Source of the DNA: Desulfobulbus propionicus DSM 2032
Lineage (GTDB): Bacteria; Desulfobacterota; Desulfobulbia; Desulfobulbales; Desulfobulbaceae
DNA length: 32,000 nt
Assembly (NCBI RefSeq): GCF_000186885.1
Contig: NC_014972.1
Location: 3,360,001-3,392,000, forward strand
Reading direction: 5' to 3'
This document shows, piece after piece, positions 25,695 to 32,000 of the stretch (its first letter is position 1; the number at the start of each line of letters is the position of its first letter). A program made the translations under genes and the position numbers. Below the pieces are notes generated by a model. It was given only the letters and a program-made list of their open reading frames with translations, made no database searches and had not been told where the DNA came from.

Positions 25695-25919
25695 TTATTC
25701 GCGCAGCAACACTGGACTGCAGAGATGTCGCGGCTCAGGGGCCATTCGGTCGCAGGTGGCGCACCGATACCGCACCGCCAAGTCAGGGTCATGGCATGCC
25801 TGTCCTTGTCCCTTTTTGTCCCTGCCGGTGCAGTCCCCCGTGGAGGAACCCTCGCAGGGGCTGCACAGATGGCCCGGCGACTCAGCCACCGCCCCACAGG
25901 TTGTACAGATACAACGCAT
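25695..25919 (-). CDS. Hypothetical cysteine-rich small protein (74 aa, 10 Cys) with duplicated CxTCxxxAxxPxHLCSP motif
   Basis: A strong AAGGAGG SD ends 6 nt before ATG 25919. Two copies of a 17-residue CCHC-type motif occur at aa 5-21 and 53-69, with 10 of 17 residues identical. I recognise no family. Confidence 0.6.
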   Translation of the reverse strand: MRCICTTCGAVAESPGHLCSPCEGSSTGDCTGRDKKGQGQACHDPDLAVRYRCATCDRMAPEPRHLCSPVLLRE

Positions 25920-26179
25920 GACCGCCTCCTTGAGTTGCAAAAATGGTCTGGTGGCAATGTTTGCATGGGATCGATGATGGTCAAGGGACAACGGGTGGTT
26001 GCCGTGACCGTGCCGGCGGTGGTTCAGCGCCATGGCCCATGGACGGCCGCCATCCGCTCCAAGAAATCGACTTGACGCTCAAGACCAGTCTCTGTACCCT
26101 GCACGCTGAATCCCCCTGCCACAGGAGCAGAACGACATGTCCGTGACAGGCTTCTTGCGGCCTTTTTTCCAACACTACC

Positions 26180-27622
26180 ATGATTGAGCAGGCGCCCTAC
26201 TCCTTCCTTCGTCGTTGTATCAGTGACCTTCTCAACGGTCTGAGCGATGGGTTGACCCATTTTTCCGGCGCCAGCCGAGCCGCGGTCATCTTTGCCTTGC
26301 GACCCGACAGCCCCATGCTGGTGTGCGATCCACAAAATCTCCTCAAAGGCCATGAACCGATCTTCAAGAGCCTCTATGTGGACAGCCAGAAATGGCGGGC
26401 CAACGACTTGGTTTCCCAGGATCGCAAGCGGTTCGCCGACATCATTCCGATCAAGAATTTGGGACTGGCTGGCCTGCTCTCCAACGGCGGCTATTCCGGC
26501 TCGGTCTTTTTTCAGCAATGGTTCACCGAGCACCACCCTGATCTCTGTTCCACCGGCCCGACCGAATGCTGGCTGGAGCACGCGGTGTGGCGGTTCTCTC
26601 ACGACCTGGCCAACGATCAGGATTTGTACACCGGCATTTCCGGCTATTTCCTCAAGGAATACGCCACCCACGCGGTGCGCGACTATATCATTGATCAGAT
26701 GAATCTGCTGCTCGGCTGGGACAGCCCGGTGCGCATTTATCCAGTGCTCGACGCGATCCTGTTGATTTCCGAAACCCGGGAGGAGGGGTCCTATCCCGAG
26801 GGCAGGTTGCTGGTGGTCGATCCCGACATGCTCGACCGACTTGATTTCCTGGTCAAATTTCAGGAAAGCGTCCGGCCCCAGCTGGTGAACAGCAAGCATG
26901 TGCGCAAACTGCTGCTCACCGTCGAGCGCTCGGGTCGCCACTTGGTCAGTGACGGCCGGGCCATCCTCGGCATCTGCGGCGATAGCCTGCCGCCCTTTTC
27001 CGTCTGCGCCGATTTCCGTGGCCGGCACGGCTTTCTGAAGATCAACCGTAACAAGGTGTGCAGTTTTGCCGATGGCCGGTTCAGTTCCACCACCTATCAG
27101 GCCAAGCTGGTCCATCTGGAAGAGTTGTTGCTTGAAACCGACCTGGACCGGTCGGTCAGCTATTTCCTGCTCAAGATCGTGGTCAGCCTGGTGCATCATT
27201 CCCAGCAACGCAAACACGGCTGCACGGTGGTCCTCGATCTCAACGCCCAGCCGGTGGCCATTTCCGGGCAGACCCTGGCGCCGCCGCTTGACCTGCGCAA
27301 GCCCTACATGCTGAAGATGGCCAAATCCCTGGCCAAGGTGGACGGAGCGCTGCATATCGGCGCGGACATGCACCTGCACGGCTTTGCCTGCCTGCTCGAC
27401 GGCCGGACTTTCCCCGGAGAGGACCTGGCCAGGGGGGCACGCTACAACTCCGCCCTGCGCTTCACCGCCGAGCACGCCAACATCATCGTCGTGGTGGTTT
27501 CCTCGGACCGGCCGGTTTCAGTGATCCATCAAGGAGTCGATGTGCACGGCGTCTGCACCTGGAATCGAAAGGACGGGTGCGTGTACAACCTGGACCGGCT
27601 CGACTACTGGGTCGGCCTGTAA
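26180..27622 (+). CDS. Hypothetical protein with C-terminal diadenylate-cyclase-like (DisA_N-type) domain and unknown N-terminal region
   Basis: The last roughly 130 aa are colinear with CdaA/DisA DAC domains: KHGCTVVLD, VDGALHI (DGA), ARGARYNSALRF (RHR position reads RYN), IIVVVVSSDRPVSV. The N-terminal roughly 330 aa is unrecognised and has no TM helices. The amino-acid composition looks like a real protein, unlike the antisense 483-aa ORF. Confidence 0.75.
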   Translation: MIEQAPYSFLRRCISDLLNGLSDGLTHFSGASRAAVIFALRPDSPMLVCDPQNLLKGHEPIFKSLYVDSQKWRANDLVSQDRKRFADIIPIKNLGLAGLLSNGGYSGSVFFQQWFTEHHPDLCSTGPTECWLEHAVWRFSHDLANDQDLYTGISGYFLKEYATHAVRDYIIDQMNLLLGWDSPVRIYPVLDAILLISETREEGSYPEGRLLVVDPDMLDRLDFLVKFQESVRPQLVNSKHVRKLLLTVERSGRHLVSDGRAILGICGDSLPPFSVCADFRGRHGFLKINRNKVCSFADGRFSSTTYQAKLVHLEELLLETDLDRSVSYFLLKIVVSLVHHSQQRKHGCTVVLDLNAQPVAISGQTLAPPLDLRKPYMLKMAKSLAKVDGALHIGADMHLHGFACLLDGRTFPGEDLARGARYNSALRFTAEHANIIVVVVSSDRPVSVIHQGVDVHGVCTWNRKDGCVYNLDRLDYWVGL

Positions 27623-27656
27623 CCGCCACAGGACAACGGTCCGGCCATTCCAGCCT

Positions 27657-28382
27657 TCATCGTCCAAACAGCTGCACCTCGGGTTGCCCCTGGGCGGCGT
27701 AGGCGGCGTCCAGCAGATCCCGCAGTTGGCTCTTACACGTCTTGAGCGGAGGCAGGGGGGGGAACGCGGGCAGCAGGGTCTCCGCTCCTTGCGGGGCGGT
27801 AATCCGCATCTTGTCCTCCAAAGCGCTGTCCCGCTGCGGGTTGAGGCCGCCGGCCATCGCTCCCGACTCGTGCATGGCGCCACTGTCCAGCCGCCGGAGA
27901 AACCCCATCATCGAGCCCAGATCGTTCTTGCGGTGAAAGACCTCGATCTCTTCGGCGATGGCCCTGCCCTCCGCGACCAGCCGCTTCAGGGTGGCGCCGT
28001 AGTGCTCCATCCCCTCGCAGAGGCGATTGTAGATATCAAAAAACAGGTTCTGAAAACGGGAGCGGCGGGTGAAGCCGTGCACCGCCTGGCCTCGGAACAG
28101 GCGCCGGCGGATCGAGGCCGACTGGAGCAGATACGGATCGAGAAAAATCGGGTCCCGCAGACCGGTCAGACGAAAAAAATCGTAAATCAGCGGCTCCCGG
28201 TTGAGAAGGATATAGAGCCGGACCAAATCGAAGCCGACCTCGTTTTCCAACTGTCGGAACGCATCGAGAACATGCTGGTCATATTCCCGGCTGTCGTCCT
28301 CGATCATTTTGCGAAAGCCGAAATACCGGTCGGCAATCTCTTTCTTGATCTCCAGGGAAAGCATTTCTTCCATATCGTGCAT
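27657..28382 (-). CDS. Hypothetical protein (about 241-245 aa)
   Basis: The composition is balanced and protein-like (EIKKEIADRYFGFRKMIEDDSREYDQHVLDAFRQLENEVGFDLVRLYILLNREPLIYDFF..), in contrast to the overlapping plus-strand ORF. ATG 28382 is preceded by a GGTGAGG SD-like sequence, and GTG 28394 is also possible. I recognise no family. Confidence 0.65.
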   Translation of the reverse strand: MHDMEEMLSLEIKKEIADRYFGFRKMIEDDSREYDQHVLDAFRQLENEVGFDLVRLYILLNREPLIYDFFRLTGLRDPIFLDPYLLQSASIRRRLFRGQAVHGFTRRSRFQNLFFDIYNRLCEGMEHYGATLKRLVAEGRAIAEEIEVFHRKNDLGSMMGFLRRLDSGAMHESGAMAGGLNPQRDSALEDKMRITAPQGAETLLPAFPPLPPLKTCKSQLRDLLDAAYAAQGQPEVQLFGR

Positions 28383-28593
28383 GCCCAACCTCACCTGCGT
28401 CTCTGTCCGACGAAAACATCAGGGGAGCACAAGCGCCGTCCGCGAGTCCGCGGCCGAGCCCCCATGCATTTCTCACTTGTACAAACGCATCATAAATGAC
28501 AATGCTGAAAAAAGCTCCAGCGATGACGCTTGCGCCATCGACGGCGCTTGGCCTGTAACGCACCATCATCACTTCAAGGTTGTCCAGTTGAGT

Positions 28594-30384
28594 ATGTCGT
28601 TGTCCTCTTCCCGCGAACAGATAAAAACCATGGTCAGGGATGCCGCCGATATCGTGCAGGTGATCGGCGAGCATGTCGAGCTCAAACGGTCCGGCAGCCG
28701 TTTCACCGGCCGTTGCCCTTTCCACAACGAAAAGACACCGTCCTTTTCCGTCAATCCTCAGGGCCAATTCTTTCACTGCTTCGGCTGCGGCGAGCATGGG
28801 GATGTGTTCTCCTTTGTGATGAAGTACCATCACATGGAATTTCCCGAGGCGCTCAAATTGCTGGCACGCAAGTTCGGCGTCGATCTGCCCGAGCGGCCGT
28901 TGAGTGAATCGGAACAGGCGCGATTGCGCCAGCTGGAAAAGCTGTATGAGGCCAACGAGACAGCGGTCCTCGTCTATCAACAGTGCCTGCGCCATCCCAA
29001 ATGGGGAAAACCAGCCCGAGCCTATCTGGAACGGCGCGGCGTGCCAACAGCGGCGATCGAGCGCTACCGGCTCGGCTGTGCCCCGGATCCCGAACAGGCC
29101 GGCTGGAGCTATCTGACCGACCAACTGATGGCCAAGGGACTGACTCCGGAGACGCTTGCGCAGGCCGGACTCGCGGTACGCAAGGAGCAAGGGGGGCAGT
29201 ATGATCGCTTCCGTTCGCGGATCATGTTTCCCATCGTCGACATGACCGGCCGGGTGGTGGCCTTTGGCGGCCGCATCCTCGGCGACGGTCAACCCAAATA
29301 CATGAATTCCCCGGAAAGCCCCATCTTCGACAAAAGCCGCCTGCTCTTTGGTCTGCATCAGCACCGTGAGGCTATCCGCAAGGCGCGGCGCTGTCTGGTG
29401 GTCGAGGGCAATTTTGACCTGCTGCTGCTGTCGGTCCATGGCATCGACAACGTGGTGGCCCCCCTCGGAACGGCGCTTACCCGCAGCCATATCCATTCAT
29501 TGCGCGGCTACAGCGACGAGGTGATCCTGCTGTTCGACGCCGATGCGGCCGGATTGAAGGCGGCCATGCGCAGCATCCCCTTTTTTCTGGCCGAGGGGGT
29601 CGAGGGCAGGGTTGCCCTGCTGCCTCCGGGACACGATCCAGACAGTTTTGTCCGCGAGGCTGGCGCGGAGGCGGTGGTCGAGCTGGTGGACGCAGCCCGG
29701 CCGCTGCCCGAATTCGCCTTTGATGCCCTGGTCCGCGAGCACGGCCTGACCCTGGCCGGCAAGAATCGGATTGTCAGCGAACTCAAGCGACTGCTGGCCG
29801 AAGCCGCCGATGCGGGGCAGCGGGAACTGATGATTGCCCATTTCAGTGAAAAGCTGGGACTTGCGCCCGGTTATTTCCAGGTGCCCTCAAAAGCCGCGGT
29901 TCCCCTGGCCAAACCTGCCCCCGCCCCCATCACCCCGCAATCGGCGAGCCTGTCGCGACAGGAAAAACAGGTGGTGGATTTCCTCATCCTCTACCCCGAA
30001 TATCACGAAGAACTGCGGGCGGCTGGGCTGACCGCGCTGTTTCGCGACTCGACGGCGGCCTGGGTGATCGAATTGGTGGAGCATATCTCGGCGGCGGGTC
30101 CCAGCCAGCCCGAACAGCTGCTGACAACGATCGACAACGAAACCATCCGGGCCTACATCATTCAGCTCCTGACCCAGGTACCATCTGGCATCGAACCGGA
30201 ATCCGATCATGCCCGGCGAACCTGTGACGAACTGCTCCAGTGGCTGCACCAGGAGCAACAACGTCGTGATGGCGCGGCCCTGCAGGAACAGATCAACCTG
30301 GCCCAACAGCACGGGAATGCGGAGCTGCTGATGGAACTGCTCCGGCGGAAACAGGAAATTGGAAAAAAAAGAACGGGATTTTGA
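28594..30384 (+). CDS. dnaG: DNA primase
   Basis: The CHC2 zinc finger (CPFHNEKTPSFSVNPQGQFFHCFGCGEHGD), the RNA polymerase core (MFPIVDMTGRVVAFGGR, YMNSPESPIFDKS) and the TOPRIM domain (VVEGNFDLL, LLFDADAAG) are present. The start is at ATG 28594. Confidence 0.96.
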   Translation: MSLSSSREQIKTMVRDAADIVQVIGEHVELKRSGSRFTGRCPFHNEKTPSFSVNPQGQFFHCFGCGEHGDVFSFVMKYHHMEFPEALKLLARKFGVDLPERPLSESEQARLRQLEKLYEANETAVLVYQQCLRHPKWGKPARAYLERRGVPTAAIERYRLGCAPDPEQAGWSYLTDQLMAKGLTPETLAQAGLAVRKEQGGQYDRFRSRIMFPIVDMTGRVVAFGGRILGDGQPKYMNSPESPIFDKSRLLFGLHQHREAIRKARRCLVVEGNFDLLLLSVHGIDNVVAPLGTALTRSHIHSLRGYSDEVILLFDADAAGLKAAMRSIPFFLAEGVEGRVALLPPGHDPDSFVREAGAEAVVELVDAARPLPEFAFDALVREHGLTLAGKNRIVSELKRLLAEAADAGQRELMIAHFSEKLGLAPGYFQVPSKAAVPLAKPAPAPITPQSASLSRQEKQVVDFLILYPEYHEELRAAGLTALFRDSTAAWVIELVEHISAAGPSQPEQLLTTIDNETIRAYIIQLLTQVPSGIEPESDHARRTCDELLQWLHQEQQRRDGAALQEQINLAQQHGNAELLMELLRRKQEIGKKRTGF

Positions 30385-30609
30385 TTTAACCTGTTGAAAA
30401 AAGATACAAATCGGATTAATTCAAAAAATTGTATTTTGGATTGGTCTCCAAGATTGGCTTCATGCGGCCGCCCGAGTGTGTCGCCTGGATGACCGCTCCT
30501 TGTATTCATTTAATTTTCTTCTAATTTTACCTCTTGCTGTCGGAGGCTTCACGGATGATCCCTGGCACCGCCGGTTTAAAATTTTTGACGGCTTTCTTGA
30601 GGAGGAATA

Positions 30610-32000
30610 ATGGACACGGAGCATGACATTCTGGACGACGATTTGGGGCCTGAAGGGTTTCCCGGTTCCAGTCGGCCGAGGTGGAACGGCGCACTTTCCG
30701 AGGTTGAAGATGACTGGGCGGTGCGCAACGGTATCGAGCGCCGATCCTCCTTCGACCGCCGTGCTGGCGAGGATCGTCGCAGCGGCGACCGCCGGGGCAT
30801 GGGCAGCAGCATCGACCCCATGAATATCTATCTGCGTGAGATGGGGAACCAGCGACTGCTCAAGCACGAGGAGGAGATGGAACTGGCCCGCATGGTCGAG
30901 GAAGGGGAAACCCGCATTCAATCGGCGGTGCTGCGGCTGACGCTGGGCATCACCGCCCTCAACGATCTAGCGGAAAACCTGCTGCGCGGCAATGTGCGGA
31001 TCAATTCCGTCATCCGGGGGCTTTCCGACAACGACGAGAAGGAACTGACCGCTATGCGCGACGCCTTTCTCGACCAGGTGGAAAAAGCCAACGAACTGGA
31101 TGGCAAGCGGCGGGAGTTGTTCCTGGAGCTCAAAAAAACCGCGGGCAACGAGGCTAGGGAACGGCAGCTCGTCGATGAAATTCTCAAGGTGGGCGAGGCG
31201 ATCTCGGCGCTGTTCCGCGACTACCGGATGTGCTCCAAAGGCATCCTCTCCGTGGCCGATGCAGTCAAGGAACTGGCGCAGAAATTCAACAAGGTCCGGG
31301 TGGTTGCCCGACAGCAGGAACTGCTGCTGGCGGCCCGCCATCATCAGCTGGACGATGAACAGGGCCAGATCCGACCGGCCGAGGTGGAGCAGCGCGTGAC
31401 CCTGGAACTGGCCGAGACCATCGGCATCTCCTGGCCCGCGTTTATCGAGGTGCAACAGGAGATCGAAATCGGAAGGGAAACCGCCCGCCAGGCCAAGGAA
31501 ACCCTGGTGCGGGCCAATTTGCGCCTGGTGATTTCGGTCTCGAAAAAATTCATGAACCGGGGCATGCAGCTGCCCGACCTGATCCAGGAAGGCAACATCG
31601 GCCTGATGAAGGCAGTGGAAAAATATGACTACAAACGCGGCTATAAATTTTCCACCTATGCGACCTGGTGGATTCGCCAGGCCGTGACCCGCGGAATTGC
31701 CGACCAGGGCCGGACCATCCGCCTGCCGGTGCACATGATCGAGACCATCAACCGCATGCTCCGCTTTTCCAAGGACTTTCAGCGCATCGAGAGCCGCGAG
31801 CCCACGCCCGAGGAGATGGCCAAGCAGCTGGGGACGGATGTGGAAAAAGTCCAGGTGGCCCTAAAAACCGCCAAGGACGCCATTTCGCTCGACGCGCCGG
31901 TGAATGACGAGGAAGACACCCTGCTTAGCGATTTCATCGAAGACCATGCCCATCCGGACCCGCAGGAGCATTCGATCACCGAAAGTCTCAAACGTTGCCT
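30610..32000 (+). CDS. rpoD: RNA polymerase sigma factor RpoD (3' end cut by window edge)
   Basis: It is absent from the ORF track because there is no stop inside the window. I translated it by hand from ATG 30610, which has a GGAGGA SD 3 nt upstream, and the frame is open to nt 32000. Region 1.2 is [11 protein letters not shown] and region 2 is [75 protein letters not shown]. Confidence 0.95.
   Translation, partial: MDTEHDILDDDLGPEGFPGSSRPRWNGALSEVEDDWAVRNGIERRSSFDRRAGEDRRSGDRRGMGSSIDPMNIYLREMGNQRLLKHEEEMELARMVEEGETRIQSAVLRLTLGITALNDLAENLLRGNVRINSVIRGLSDNDEKELTAMRDAFLDQVEKANELDGKRRELFLELKKTAGNEARERQLVDEILKVGEAISALFRDYRMCSKGILSVADAVKELAQKFNKVRVVARQQELLLAARHHQLDDEQGQIRPAEVEQRVTLELAETIGISWPAFIEVQQEIEIGRETARQAKETLVRANLRLVISVSKKFMNRGMQLPDLIQEGNIGLMKAVEKYDYKRGYKFSTYATWWIRQAVTRGIADQGRTIRLPVHMIETINRMLRFSKDFQRIESREPTPEEMAKQLGTDVEKVQVALKTAKDAISLDAPVNDEEDTLLSDFIEDHAHPDPQEHSITESLKRC

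Noticed and set aside
25952-25966. Sigma54-like TGGCAATGTTTGCAT in the divergent control region upstream of the DAC-like gene
   Set aside because: The GG-to-GC spacing is 10 nt instead of the strictly required 12 nt of the TGGCAC-N5-TTGC consensus.
25243-25977. 244-aa plus-strand ORF spanning both small minus-strand genes
   Set aside because: It is Gly/Arg/Pro-rich and non-protein-like with no SD. The minus-strand 74-aa gene has a strong SD and an internally duplicated Cys motif, which is unlikely by chance.
26024-27475. 483-aa ORF on the minus strand, opposite the DAC-like gene
   Set aside because: Its translation is low-complexity (G/A/Q/V/H/R) with no motifs. The plus-strand frame has protein-like composition and DAC-colinear motifs.
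28279-29496. 405-aa minus-strand ORF, and the 319-aa plus-strand ORF at 27540..28499
   Set aside because: They are antisense to dnaG and to the 245-aa hypothetical gene respectively, with shadow-ORF composition.
30563-30578. TGGCAC motif upstream of rpoD
   Set aside because: There is no TTGC element at the -12 position, since the sequence reads TGGCACCGCCGGTTTA.
1-32000. CRISPR arrays, long tandem or interspersed repeats, IS elements
   Set aside because: I noticed none on reading. The only short tandem repeat seen (CCTTTGTG x2 at 12724-12739) is one arm of the pnp leader hairpin. An exhaustive repeat search was not possible by eye.

Overview
This is a GC-rich bacterial chromosomal segment of roughly 60% GC by eye. 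The proteins look deltaproteobacterial or Desulfobulbales-like, but that is inference only and no search was possible. About 27 of the 32 kb is recognisable core housekeeping. It begins with a 5'-truncated FadL-type outer-membrane channel, an M50 site-2 protease and a 894-aa DHH-DHHA1-CBS-CBS-tRNA nucleotidyltransferase/poly(A) polymerase fusion. A tRNA-Gly(CCC) follows with its own promoter and terminator. Next comes the classical transcription/translation cluster rimP-nusA-ylxR-infB-rbfA-(nrnA-like DHH)-truB-rpsO-pnp. After it are dut, an MBL-fold hydrolase, an orphan PAS histidine kinase, xerD, rpsU, ddl, serS, tatC, ftsB, a divergent family-4-like UDG and upp. The window ends with dnaG and a 3'-truncated rpoD. 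I see no CRISPR array, transposase, phage integrase or obvious foreign-composition island. The only stretch I cannot assign to known families is a four-gene block at about 25.3-28.4 kb, between upp and dnaG. It holds a 64-aa helical protein and a 74-aa ten-cysteine protein with an internal CxTCxxxAxxPxHLCSP duplication. Divergent from these is a 480-aa protein whose C-terminus is colinear with diadenylate cyclase (DGA kept, RHR replaced by RYN) behind a large unknown N-terminal region. A convergent 245-aa hypothetical protein completes the block. This block is my best candidate for something undescribed, and the evidence is motif-level only. Many long ORFs in the track are antisense shadow ORFs typical of high-GC DNA and were rejected.
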